Source of the DNA: an uncultured Phycisphaeraceae bacterium | GTDB taxonomy: Bacteria; Planctomycetota; Phycisphaerae; UBA1845 | Direction: 5' to 3' | NCBI GenBank assembly: GCA_964495075.1 | Contig: CAZBUJ010000004.1 | Location: forward strand, 13,755-77,754 | Length of the DNA stretch: 64,000 bases | Part shown: one piece after another, positions 33,361 through 42,912 of the stretch | Layout: each line of letters opens with the position of its first letter | How positions within the stretch are numbered: the stretch's first letter is position 1 | The notes under the pieces: model-generated | Seen by the model: the letters and a program-made list of their open reading frames with translations, nothing else | The model's database searches: none | What the model was told of the DNA's origin: nothing | Position numbers and translations under genes: made by a program

Positions 33361-36327
33361 ATGGAGAATAGCGGAACGATGATACAGCGCATGGTACGCA
33401 AGGCATCGACACCTAATCGGCGACGCGACGTAGCCGTCGTCGCCTGGGCGGCTGTTTTTACGTTGACCGTCCCGTGCGTCGCGCGAGCGGCGGAACGCGT
33501 GCTGGCCGCAGGGCCGGTGCAGGTCACCGTGAACGGCTGGAACCGGGGCGTGTCGGTCGCCTGGAACGGCGTCCCGGTCAGCGTCGGCAGCAACATGGTG
33601 GTGACCGAACCGCCGTGGTCGCCCCACTACTACCTCGGACCGGACGGCAGCGTGGTGGACGTCGCCACCCCGGGGGAGCTCAGCGGCGGTGGTGTGCGGT
33701 TGCGCCTCAAACACCGCGCGAAAGACGGTTCATTCATCGCCGACGACACGATCACCACCTACCCCAACGGGACGGTGGAACGCACGCTGCAAGGGCAGTT
33801 CACACGCGAAGACGGGGAGGCGCTGATCCAGTGGACCGCGGCGTGCCTGAATCCGGCCTTGATCGTCGGACGCAAGTACGAGGCCCGGCTCAAGGATGGC
33901 ACTACGCGAGAGGGCGTGGTACCGGTCGACCCGGCTTCGTCCGACGCCAATGAGGCGGCGCTGGCCAAAGGGTTCACGTCGATCACGTTCGACTCCCGCA
34001 TCGGGCCGATCCGGATCTCGGCGGACATCAGCCCCGGCGACATGATCTGCTACGACTACCGCAAAAGCCAATGGGCCGACGCGTCCCGCCCGTACTTCTG
34101 GCTGGGTGATCTCGGGACGCGGTTCAAGAAAGGCGACACGCTCGGCTACCGCATCACGATCCAGTTGCCGTCCGGCGGCGACGCAGTGCAGCCGCAGTCG
34201 GTTCGGCGGGGGAAGGTGACGATCCATCCGCAAGGCACCGCCCAGGGCATCACACTCGGGGCCCCGCCCGTCGTGATCCCGCGCCCCAAGCAGATGGACG
34301 CCCGAGGCAAGTATCTGCCGCTCGGCGTCTTCGCCGGCCCCGATGCGCAGCCGATCCAGGCGGACGAGCACGCAAGAGAGGTTCTCGGGATCGGCAGCGG
34401 CGCCGCGCCGGTGTATGACGCCATCTGCGGGTTCCTCGGCTGCGGAGCCCCCCGGCCGCCGGCGCAGCCGAATTCGCCGGTCAACGAACCGGCCGGCCGA
34501 CCCGTCGTGCGACTGCTCGAACCGGAGGACGGGCAGCGCCTCCCCGAGGAAGGCTACGAAGTCGACGTCGGCGATGACGGCATCATGATCCGGGCGAACG
34601 AGGCGCGGGGGTTCCTTTATGCCTTGCAGACGTTGCGTCAACTGAAGGTCACCCTACCCTCGCCGGGTCCATCCGGCGCCGGCGAGGCGGCCGTTCAACA
34701 CGTTCATGTCCGCGACTGGCCGTCGTTGTCGTTTCGTGGCGTGCACCTTTTCACGGGTGGGCAGGGCAATGATCTGCACCGTAAACTTCTCCGCAAGGTG
34801 ATCGGCGGTCTCAAGATGAACCACGTGGTTCTCGAGGCGGAGTACATCGAGTGGGACTCGCATCCGGAGATCCATCATCCCGAGTACGGCATGCCCAAGG
34901 ACGAGGTGCGGGAGTTGCTCGATCTTTGCCGCGAATTGCAGATCGAAGTCATCCCGCTGGTCATGTCGCTCGGGCACTGCCAGTGGATGTTTGAAACGGG
35001 GCACCACGCGGACCTGGCCGAGGACCCGGACGCCGACTGGGCGTACTGCGTGACGAACCCCAAGACCTACGAGTTCATCTACGAGATCTACCAGGAAGCG
35101 ATCGACCTGTTCAAGCCGAAGATCTTCCACATCGGTCATGACGAGTTCCATCACCGGGGCCGCGTGCCGTATCGCGAATCCAGCAAGAAGTTCACGGTCG
35201 AAGAGCTGTTCCTGATGGACACGCTGCGGCATCACCAGTGGTTCAAGGAGCGCGGCATCCGTTTGATGATGTGGGGTGACATGCTGCTGGGCAAAGGCGA
35301 AGGGCCGGACGCCTGTCACGCCGCGTCGGAGAAATCCGCCAAAGCGCTTCGGGCCAAGCTGCCGAAGGACATCGTCATCGCCGACTGGCACTACGTGGAC
35401 GCGCCGCCGGACCAGTACGTCAACCTCGACGCATTCGCGGCGGATGGGTTCACCACCGTGGCGTCGACGTGGTCGCGACCGGGCAACATCGTGCGGTTCG
35501 CGCAGGCCGCCCACGACAAGAAGGCGCTGGGTCATCTGCAAACCACGTGGGCGGGTTACTCGCTCGACCCGAGTTGCTTCCAGAACGAGATTCATCAATA
35601 CGCGGCCTACGTGCTGGCTGCGGAGGCCGGTTGGAACGCCGAGGACCCGCCCGATCCCGACGCCTACCCGTTCGCCACGTACTTTCTGGATCGAATGGGA
35701 ATGAGCAGCCTCAAGCCCGGCTACCGCTCCGGCTGGACGGCGAGCCTGGGGCCGGCGTTCAACTACTCGCTCGTCGCCACGGATGCGAATGGATGGTTCG
35801 GGCTTGGGCCCGACCACGATCTATCCGCGATGCCGGGTGGCTTGACGCGCTTCAAGGGGTTGACGTTTGAAGTGGGCGATTCGGGGGCTCCGGCGCTGAC
35901 GGCCATCGTGCTGCGCAGCAAGATGAGCCGCGGCTTCGATTTTCCCAGCCGCGTGGAACTGGAGATCGGCGCGAAGGCCGCCCAGTTGGCCGTGCTGCAC
36001 ACCACCGACTTCCCTTGTGCCCGCGGCACGCGGCTGGGCGAGTATGTAATCACGTACGAGGACGGGACGGAGACGAAGACGGACCTCGTGTACGGCCACA
36101 ACGTGCTCGCGCACACCGATCCCACGGCCGTCGCCGACGCGCCGATCGTGTGGCAAGGTCGCACGAAGGCCGGCCAGCCGGTCTCCCTTCGCGCGTTGAT
36201 CTGGGACAATCCGCACCCGGAGAATACGATTCGAACGTTCACTGCCCAATCGGCGGACGCCGCGGCGTCGCTGGTCGTTATCGGATTGACGGGTCTGGAC
36301 GCACCTGCGCCTGCGTCGGAGCCTTAG
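33361..36327 (+). CDS. Large secreted GH20-domain beta-N-acetylhexosaminidase-like protein
   Basis: Signal peptide ...VAVVAWAAVFTLTVPCVARA. GH20 core VRDWPSLSFRGVHLFTGG...MNHVVLEAEYIEW and FHIGHDEF (Asp-Glu pair). Long N- and C-terminal beta-rich extensions. Met 33379 is an alternative start. Confidence 0.8.
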   Translation: MENSGTMIQRMVRKASTPNRRRDVAVVAWAAVFTLTVPCVARAAERVLAAGPVQVTVNGWNRGVSVAWNGVPVSVGSNMVVTEPPWSPHYYLGPDGSVVDVATPGELSGGGVRLRLKHRAKDGSFIADDTITTYPNGTVERTLQGQFTREDGEALIQWTAACLNPALIVGRKYEARLKDGTTREGVVPVDPASSDANEAALAKGFTSITFDSRIGPIRISADISPGDMICYDYRKSQWADASRPYFWLGDLGTRFKKGDTLGYRITIQLPSGGDAVQPQSVRRGKVTIHPQGTAQGITLGAPPVVIPRPKQMDARGKYLPLGVFAGPDAQPIQADEHAREVLGIGSGAAPVYDAICGFLGCGAPRPPAQPNSPVNEPAGRPVVRLLEPEDGQRLPEEGYEVDVGDDGIMIRANEARGFLYALQTLRQLKVTLPSPGPSGAGEAAVQHVHVRDWPSLSFRGVHLFTGGQGNDLHRKLLRKVIGGLKMNHVVLEAEYIEWDSHPEIHHPEYGMPKDEVRELLDLCRELQIEVIPLVMSLGHCQWMFETGHHADLAEDPDADWAYCVTNPKTYEFIYEIYQEAIDLFKPKIFHIGHDEFHHRGRVPYRESSKKFTVEELFLMDTLRHHQWFKERGIRLMMWGDMLLGKGEGPDACHAASEKSAKALRAKLPKDIVIADWHYVDAPPDQYVNLDAFAADGFTTVASTWSRPGNIVRFAQAAHDKKALGHLQTTWAGYSLDPSCFQNEIHQYAAYVLAAEAGWNAEDPPDPDAYPFATYFLDRMGMSSLKPGYRSGWTASLGPAFNYSLVATDANGWFGLGPDHDLSAMPGGLTRFKGLTFEVGDSGAPALTAIVLRSKMSRGFDFPSRVELEIGAKAAQLAVLHTTDFPCARGTRLGEYVITYEDGTETKTDLVYGHNVLAHTDPTAVADAPIVWQGRTKAGQPVSLRALIWDNPHPENTIRTFTAQSADAAASLVVIGLTGLDAPAPASEP

Positions 36328-36333
36328 ATCGAC

Positions 36334-36771
36334 ATGAGCACCGACGGCGACCATCACGACCGGCACGGCTGTCCGGGCAATGCGGCGTTTGATCCGTCCG
36401 CCGAGGTTGATCCCACCGCGGCCCTGGCCCGCATCGATGTGCAGCTACGGGTCCACCCGGATCCATTGCGTTTGCCCGGCAAAGTGGTGTACGGCGCGTG
36501 GGATCCGCTGCTGCGCAGGATCGACTTGTACGGTTGCGACGACTCCCGGTCGGATCTGGAAATCATGCTGAGCTTCGGGCACGAACTCTACCATGCGATC
36601 GCCGACGAGCCGGGCGATACGTGCATTGCCGAGACGCAGGCCGACCAGTTCGCCGAGGCGTGGTGCGCCCGGCTGGGCCCGGCCGGAGTCACCGCGTGGA
36701 GCCAGGCACTTCGGCGGCTCCGTTCCGACCCTTCGACATCGGACGACGATGCGAATCGCGTGCGACGATGA
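36334..36771 (+). CDS. Small HExxH protein (ImmA/IrrE, M78-like metallopeptidase motif)
   Basis: 145 codons with G/C-rich third positions. RRIDLYGCDDSRSDLEIMLSFGHELYHAI fits the ImmA/IrrE-type pattern. It starts 6 nt after the GH20 stop, and its stop overlaps the next start (ATGA at 36768-36771). Confidence 0.5.
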   Translation: MSTDGDHHDRHGCPGNAAFDPSAEVDPTAALARIDVQLRVHPDPLRLPGKVVYGAWDPLLRRIDLYGCDDSRSDLEIMLSFGHELYHAIADEPGDTCIAETQADQFAEAWCARLGPAGVTAWSQALRRLRSDPSTSDDDANRVRR

Positions 36772-38594
36772 CCTACCTTGTCGGTGGCATCCTTCTCCTT
36801 GTCTTCCTCGCGTTTGCCGCGTTGATGTTCCTGGAGCGGTTGTCCGCGCTGCTCGCGCTTCCGCTGATGGCGGTCGCGTTTATCTCCGTGGCGGTGCTGG
36901 CCGACCTGCTGCGACCGGCGATGATCATCGAAACCCGAACCGTCAGCACCGAGGACGCGTTGGGGCGCCCCCGCGTCACCGTCGAAGAGCGGTCCGGCCC
37001 GTCACGGTTCGCGCAATGGAAGTCGATGCGGCGGCAGCAGGCCCGGTTGCTGCACGACAAAGCGCAGCTCCTCGACGAAGCGATCACGGCGGTCGAAGAG
37101 GCGCTGGAATACGCGGGGCCTGATCCCGCGAATCGACTCGTCGCTGTGCTGGCCGAGGTGCGGGACCGTGAACGCCAGTTCGATGCACGCGTCGCGACGA
37201 CGATGGCAGACGCGCGACGACTCTTCGCCGGCAACCAAGACTCGTTCCAGAACAAACTGAACGCCATCGCGGGCACGGAGCCGCTCGCCTCGCTGCCCGA
37301 TGTCTTCGCCGGTGGCCGGAATGCCGAAGCGGACGCCACCGCCCGGCGCGTGGTGGAACAATGTCGCCGCCAAAGCGCGGTCGCACTGGAGCGACACGCC
37401 GCCGCCGGTGAGCCGGACTCGCAGTGGTTCCACGTGAGCAGCGCTGCCGGGTATGCGCTCCATTACCTGCTCATGATCATCAACCGCGGTGCCTTGTATC
37501 TGCACGCGGCCATCATCGCCACGGTGTTCGGCGGGATGTTCGCCGTGTACGTCAAGAACCTGAAGGTGGCGGAGCGGTTGGTCTACTGGACGGCGGAGTA
37601 CGCCGGCGAGCGCCCTTTCGTCATGGCGTTGGCGGTGTTCCTCGTGACGGCCGGCATCTTCACGTCCGTCGGCGGGCTCGGAACGGTGATCATGCTGGGT
37701 ACGATCATCCTGCCGATCCTGCGCTCCGTGGGGCTGGGCCCGATCATCGGGGCCGGCATCTTTCTGATCGCGATTGCCATGGGCGGCACGCTGCACCCCG
37801 TCACCCGGCGGTTGTGGTTGGACTTCTACGGCATTCCCGCGGTTGAACTGGACGGGATTCTGTGGACCCTGGTGACGATCTACGCCGCTTGCGGGATCGC
37901 CTGGATCGCCTGGGGCACGCGACGCCGGCTGCTCAGCAGCTTTCAGGCCGTGGCGGTTGACGAAGCGGCCGCCCCGATCGATCGCGTCCCCATCCGGCTG
38001 ATGATCGCGCCGCTGATCCCGGTTGTGCTCGTGTACTTCGCGGACATCGACGAGATCACCGCGTTCACCGTGACGATCGCCTACATGTACATCTGTGTGT
38101 GCCGGCGGCAGGGGGCGGGACGCATGTTGGCTCGCTCCCTGATCGAAGGGGCGCAGACGGTGATGCCGCCGGTGCTGTTGATGGTGGGCATCGGGCTGTT
38201 GTTCGTGGCGGTGTCGGCCGAGCCGGTGCAAAGCTACCTTCGGCCGATGCTGGCCCGGGCCGTGCCGCACACGCGACTGGGATACATCCTGCTCTTCTCC
38301 GCGGCCGCCCCGCTCGCTTTGTACCGCGGCCCGTTGAACGTGTGGGGCATGGGGCTGGCCGTGTCGGCTACGTTGCTGGCCGCGTCTTCGCTGTCGCCGG
38401 CGGCGGTGCTGTGCGCGATCCTGGCCGCCGGCATGTTGCAGGGTGTGTGTGATCCCACGAACACGGCCAACGTCTGGATCGCCGGGTTCCAGGGCGTCAC
38501 CGTTAATCAGATTCTGCGGTACACCGTGCTGCCGGTATGGGCGGGGGCGATCGTGGCGATCGTCATCTTCGGGACGAAGTTCGTCGGTTCGTAG
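36768..38594 (+). CDS. Polytopic membrane transporter (ion-transporter-superfamily-like; GntP/CitMHS/DcuC-type architecture) with a ~200-aa soluble helical insert
   Basis: Met 36768 gives MTYLVGGILLLVFLAFAALMF. There are two TM segments, then a charged segment from ~residue 57 to ~265 (RTVSTEDALGRPRV...ERHAAAGEPDSQ), then about 10 further TM segments. The family call is architecture-based only. Confidence 0.6.
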   Translation: MTYLVGGILLLVFLAFAALMFLERLSALLALPLMAVAFISVAVLADLLRPAMIIETRTVSTEDALGRPRVTVEERSGPSRFAQWKSMRRQQARLLHDKAQLLDEAITAVEEALEYAGPDPANRLVAVLAEVRDRERQFDARVATTMADARRLFAGNQDSFQNKLNAIAGTEPLASLPDVFAGGRNAEADATARRVVEQCRRQSAVALERHAAAGEPDSQWFHVSSAAGYALHYLLMIINRGALYLHAAIIATVFGGMFAVYVKNLKVAERLVYWTAEYAGERPFVMALAVFLVTAGIFTSVGGLGTVIMLGTIILPILRSVGLGPIIGAGIFLIAIAMGGTLHPVTRRLWLDFYGIPAVELDGILWTLVTIYAACGIAWIAWGTRRRLLSSFQAVAVDEAAAPIDRVPIRLMIAPLIPVVLVYFADIDEITAFTVTIAYMYICVCRRQGAGRMLARSLIEGAQTVMPPVLLMVGIGLLFVAVSAEPVQSYLRPMLARAVPHTRLGYILLFSAAAPLALYRGPLNVWGMGLAVSATLLAASSLSPAAVLCAILAAGMLQGVCDPTNTANVWIAGFQGVTVNQILRYTVLPVWAGAIVAIVIFGTKFVGS

Positions 38595-38605
38595 GCGGGT
38601 GCGCC

Positions 38606-40753
38606 ATGGCGGCGAATGGCAAAGCGCGAATCGGGATCGACGTGGGGGGCACCTTCACGCACGCCGTCGCCATCGACGCCGCCACGCTCGATCTGATCGG
38701 CAAGTGCAAAGTACCGACCACCCACCGGGCGGCCGAAGGCGTGGCCCGGGGCGTGGTCGACAGCCTGACGATCCTGATGCGGCGGTGCTCTCTTTCACCG
38801 CGGGATGTGATCCTGGTCGCGTACTCCACCACCCAGGCGACCAACGCGCTGCTGGAAGGCGACGTCGCGCCGGTCGGCATCGTCGGGATGGGCGGCGGGG
38901 TGGGGGCGTGGTTGGCGCGGCGTCAGACGGCCATCAAGTCGATTCCCCTTGGCACGAGCGGCTGGTTGCCCGTGGTCCAACGTTTTATTCCGTCGCCGCG
39001 CGTCGCGCCTGACACGGTGGACCGGGCCATCGACACGCTCATGGCCAACGGGGCGGAAGTGATCGTCGCGGCGGAAGCGTTCAGCGTGGACGACCCGCGA
39101 CACGAGAATCTGGTGTGCGAGCGAGCGGCCCGCTGCGGCATTCCGGTCACCGCCACCCATCACGTCAGTCGGCTGCACGGTTTGGGCATGCGGACAAGAA
39201 CGGCGGTCATCAACGCCTGCATGATCCCGAAGATGCTCTCTACCGCGGACATGACCGAGCAGGCGGTTCGCGAGGCGGGCATCACCGGGCCCATCATGAT
39301 CATGCGGAGCGACGGTGGCGTGATGGGCATCGAGGAAATGCGCCGCCGGCCGATTCTCACCATGCTGTCCGGCCCGGCCGCCGGCGTGGCCGCGGCCCTA
39401 CTTTACGCCCGCGTCTCAGACGGTGTGTTCCTCGACGTCGGCGGGACGAGCACGGACGTCAGCGTGATCCGGAACGGACGCTGCCTGATCCGGGCGGCCG
39501 AGGTGGGCGGCCAGCGCCTGCATGTCAGCACCCTCGACGTGCGAACCGCGGGGTCGGCAGGCGGATCACTCGTCACGGCCGGGCGCGGCCAGATCCGGCG
39601 GGTGGGACCGCGCAGCGCCCACATCGCCGACGTGCCGTACCTGAGCTTCTCCGACGAGTCGGCGGCGTCGTTCGAAGGGTCCACGCTTGAACATGACGGC
39701 ACTGCGTATCTCGCGGTGAAGTCGGGGGACGGGCATCTGGCCGTCACGCCGACCTGTGCGAGCAACCGGCTCGGGCTCGTCCCGGACGACGATGGCGCGA
39801 AGGGCCGGAACGAAACGATCCGGCACGGGTTCGACGTGCTGGCCGATCGGCACGGTTTCGCGGACGGCATCGCCCTCGCCGACGCGATTCTCGCGGCGGC
39901 GACCCCCGTGCTGGAGCGGCTCGTGGAGGGCTTTGTTGGCAACTACAAGCTGGATCGCGGTGTGTTGCGACTGGTGGCGGGCGGTGGCGGCGCGTCGGCC
40001 GTGGCGCCGTACCTTGCCCAGCGCATGGGCCTGCCGTGCGAAATGGTCGATAATGCCGACGTGATCAGCGCCATCGGAGTGGCACTCGCCCTCGTGCGCG
40101 ACACCGTCGAGCGCATGGTGATCGATCCCGGCGAGGAGGACATTCGCGCGATCCGGGCGGCGGTCGTGCAGAACGTGCGGCGCATGGGGGCCCTCGCGGA
40201 GACCGTCGAAGTCTTTGTGGAAGTGGACGCCAAGCGGAACCTGTTGCGGGCCGCCGCCCAGGGCTCGACGCAGATCAGGGAGCAGCCGTTGCGAACTCGC
40301 GACCTGTCGGCCCACGAGCGGACGGAACTCGTGGCCGCGAGCATCGGCGCCTCCATCGATCCGCCGGTATGTGACATCCGCGGCGCCGGCTTCGAGGTCT
40401 GGGCGGCCGACCGTGACGTGCCCCGGTTGTGGGGCTTGCTTCACGAACGCCGACACGCGCTCCGCGTGCTCGATGGGGCGGGGGCAATTCGTTGGGCGTC
40501 CAACCAGGCGGACGCCCGGGCCAGCCGGGTCGCCTCGGCCGCTCGCGACCTGCAATCGCTCGCCGAAGAACACACCCGCTACTCCGATGCCGGAGCGACC
40601 ATTCCCCGGTGCTTCGTCCTGGTCGCCGATCGAATCATCGACCTGTCCGGCCTCGTCGAGATGAAGCAGGTGCTCGATATCCTCCAGATCGAACTCGGCA
40701 CGCATGGTCCGAACACCGAGTGCGTGCTCCTCACCGATTGCGCGGGCGTTTGA
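38606..40753 (+). CDS. Hydantoinase/oxoprolinase A-type (HyuA-like, ASKHA-fold) protein, no HyuB partner in window
   Basis: ARIGIDVGGTFTHAVAID at the N-terminus, ...AVINACMIPKM..., IMIMRSDGGVM and LSGPAAGVAAAL...FLDVGGTSTDVSVI follow the Hydantoinase_A pattern. Start at Met 38606, 11 nt after the transporter stop. Confidence 0.75.
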   Translation: MAANGKARIGIDVGGTFTHAVAIDAATLDLIGKCKVPTTHRAAEGVARGVVDSLTILMRRCSLSPRDVILVAYSTTQATNALLEGDVAPVGIVGMGGGVGAWLARRQTAIKSIPLGTSGWLPVVQRFIPSPRVAPDTVDRAIDTLMANGAEVIVAAEAFSVDDPRHENLVCERAARCGIPVTATHHVSRLHGLGMRTRTAVINACMIPKMLSTADMTEQAVREAGITGPIMIMRSDGGVMGIEEMRRRPILTMLSGPAAGVAAALLYARVSDGVFLDVGGTSTDVSVIRNGRCLIRAAEVGGQRLHVSTLDVRTAGSAGGSLVTAGRGQIRRVGPRSAHIADVPYLSFSDESAASFEGSTLEHDGTAYLAVKSGDGHLAVTPTCASNRLGLVPDDDGAKGRNETIRHGFDVLADRHGFADGIALADAILAAATPVLERLVEGFVGNYKLDRGVLRLVAGGGGASAVAPYLAQRMGLPCEMVDNADVISAIGVALALVRDTVERMVIDPGEEDIRAIRAAVVQNVRRMGALAETVEVFVEVDAKRNLLRAAAQGSTQIREQPLRTRDLSAHERTELVAASIGASIDPPVCDIRGAGFEVWAADRDVPRLWGLLHERRHALRVLDGAGAIRWASNQADARASRVASAARDLQSLAEEHTRYSDAGATIPRCFVLVADRIIDLSGLVEMKQVLDILQIELGTHGPNTECVLLTDCAGV

Positions 40754-40896
40754 CGGTCAGATCAACCGTCGGCCCGTCATTTGCACCGGCGTCGCGATTC
40801 AGTAAGCTGGTCCGCATTGCGTGCGCGGTGGACGGATCCGAGTCGTCACGGTGAAACAAATGAATCGCATGGCCCCGTGGGTGGAGTGGAGCAATC

Positions 40897-42723
40897 ATGT
40901 ACGCACTGTCGGCGTGTTTGGCGTTCGGGATCGGCATGGTGGGGGTGGGAGTTGGCCCGGGAGGTAGCTGCGGCATGAGCGACAAAGTGACGGCCGAGCA
41001 GGCGATTGCAGAGTACCAGCCGGCATGGATGCCGCCCGACGGTGCGTTGACGGGCATCGTGATCGTGGTCGATCCCGTCGGTGGCGGGGCCAGGGATTCG
41101 AAACGCCGCGTCGCCGATGATCTGAACCTGCTGACCGCAGGCCACCTCTATCACTTGTTGCGCCGCGCGGATGCCACGCCGGTGATGACCCGGGCCGACG
41201 ATCGACCGATGCCGGGCAGCGAGCAGGGCGTCGGAAAGGCACTGCAGGCCGTTGCCCATCAGAAAAAGGCCCATCTGGTGGTGGTCATTGACAGTGCCGC
41301 CGGCAGTGGAAACGCCGCCGCGCCGCTCGCGAGCGAAGCGCTGTCGAACGAGCTCGCAGAAACACTCGCCCGACGCGCCGCCTGCCAGTCCGAAGGCTCG
41401 CCCGGCGAAGCGGGACGCCAGCGCGCGCTCACCGGGGCCGACCCGCCGGGCGCGATCGTTCGGTTAACGATTCCGCCGGCCGGGCTGCCGCGACTGACCC
41501 GGCAGGCGTATCACCGCGGTTGTGCCGAGGCGATCTACAAGGCGATCGCCGACTTCGTGGCCGCCCACCGCGAAGCGCTCGACGCGGAACGCGTCAAGCG
41601 TTTCCCAGGCACCAATTCCCCGGCCGCCGGCCCTGTGCCGCTCTACCCCGACCGGACGCCGCCGGAGACCGTCGTGCAGGCGGCCCGGCGCGTGTGGCCG
41701 CACGGCGATCTCCCCATCGACAAGACCCGCTGGTTCTGTTCCATGTATCGCCGCACCGCGCTTAGCGACGGGACGTGCATCTACTTCGAGCCGCACACCC
41801 GCGTCGAGGGCGACGCGGTGATCGTCGGCGGGGCGACGGAAATCGCCTACCTGCGCGACACGATGGCCGAGGCGCTGCGAGTGGTCGGGATCAAAAACGT
41901 AACGAACGAGATGCGCGTGCTGCCGGAGGAGGGTCGTCTTGGAGCCCGCCGGTTCGGGGCGTGCGTGGCCCCGATGGCGCTGACCTTTGCCGACCCCTCC
42001 GAATACGCCGGCCTCCAGTCGCAGTTGCTGTACGGTGAACCCGTCTTGTTGCTCGACCGCAGCGACGGGTACTACTTGCTGCACGGCCGTGACGGGTACT
42101 GGGGCTGGGTCCGCCAGGAGTGCATCCGCGTCATGACGGCCGACGAGTACAGTCGCTACACGTCCGCCGTGCCGGCCGTCCTCCTGCGCGACGTGGAGCT
42201 GGCCGACCGCCGCATCGAACGCGGGTCGACGCTCCCGGTCGCCGCGGGCAAAGACGGCCGCGTGATCCTGATGATGCCGGACGGCGGCACGTTCGACGTG
42301 GCCGCCGGTGACGTGCGCATCGCCGACGAGGCGGCCGTTGCGCGGCAACGGGTTGGGCAGGCCCTCGACCTGCTCTACCGCCCGTACGTGTTCGGTGCCG
42401 TCGCTCCGATCGGCATGGATTGCAGCGGACTCGTGCGCAACGTCTGTGTGCAGACGGGGGTGCCGGTTGCTCGTGACGCGGCCCAGCAGTTCCTCCACGG
42501 CGAACTGGTGGCGACGCGGTGGCACCGCGACGACATCCGCCCCGGCGATTTCCTTTTCTTCATCGACCTGAGCGGCAAGATCTACCATGTGGGGATCGCG
42601 ATTTCACCGACCCATTTCGTGCACAGCTCGCCGCCGGAGGTGAAAGTGACCAGCCTCGTTAAGGGCGATCGCCTCTACATCGAACGTCGCGAGGCCACCT
42701 TCTTCGCCGCCAAGCGATGGTGA
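40897..42723 (+). CDS. Lipoprotein: degenerate Amidase_3-like domain + SH3-like region + C-terminal NlpC/P60 (C40) peptidase
   Basis: SD GGAGTGGAG precedes the start. The N-terminus has GPGGSC. The C-terminus YVFGAVAPIGMDCSGLVRNV...PGDFLFFIDLSGKIYHVGIAISPTHFVHSS is a canonical NlpC/P60 Cys/His core. The N-terminal IVIVVDPVGGGARD...DDLNLL...VVVIDSAAG aligns to Amidase_3 with the ligand residues replaced. Confidence 0.8.
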   Translation: MYALSACLAFGIGMVGVGVGPGGSCGMSDKVTAEQAIAEYQPAWMPPDGALTGIVIVVDPVGGGARDSKRRVADDLNLLTAGHLYHLLRRADATPVMTRADDRPMPGSEQGVGKALQAVAHQKKAHLVVVIDSAAGSGNAAAPLASEALSNELAETLARRAACQSEGSPGEAGRQRALTGADPPGAIVRLTIPPAGLPRLTRQAYHRGCAEAIYKAIADFVAAHREALDAERVKRFPGTNSPAAGPVPLYPDRTPPETVVQAARRVWPHGDLPIDKTRWFCSMYRRTALSDGTCIYFEPHTRVEGDAVIVGGATEIAYLRDTMAEALRVVGIKNVTNEMRVLPEEGRLGARRFGACVAPMALTFADPSEYAGLQSQLLYGEPVLLLDRSDGYYLLHGRDGYWGWVRQECIRVMTADEYSRYTSAVPAVLLRDVELADRRIERGSTLPVAAGKDGRVILMMPDGGTFDVAAGDVRIADEAAVARQRVGQALDLLYRPYVFGAVAPIGMDCSGLVRNVCVQTGVPVARDAAQQFLHGELVATRWHRDDIRPGDFLFFIDLSGKIYHVGIAISPTHFVHSSPPEVKVTSLVKGDRLYIERREATFFAAKRW

Positions 42724-42740
42724 GGTGGCGCGGTGGGGGG

Positions 42741-42792
42741 CGGTACGGTCTCGGCGTACGCTTTTTTCGCCCGGCGTACCGGTTTTTGTTTT
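42741..42792 (+). terminator. Candidate terminator after the NlpC/P60 gene
   Basis: CGGTACG (42741-42747) pairs with CGTACCG (42775-42781), followed by GTTTTTGTTTT (42782-42792). An internal TTTTTT lies at 42762-42767. The loop is long, so confidence is moderate. Confidence 0.4.
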
Positions 42793-42807
42793 CGTGCGAT
42801 CAACATG

Positions 42808-42850
42808 CCAAAGCAAACTCGCCCGCCCCCATGCGGTGAGGACGGGCGAG
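42808..42850 (-). terminator. Candidate terminator after the Kelch giant-protein gene
   Basis: An 8-bp stem, CTCGCCCG (42818-42825) with CGGGCGAG (42843-42850). On the minus strand it is followed by TTTGCTTTGG. Confidence 0.4.
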
Positions 42851-42912
42851 TGTCGGGCTTACGCCACCGTCGGCGGAACCGGAGGCTCACTCCGATTCGG
42901 CGGGCGGAACCG

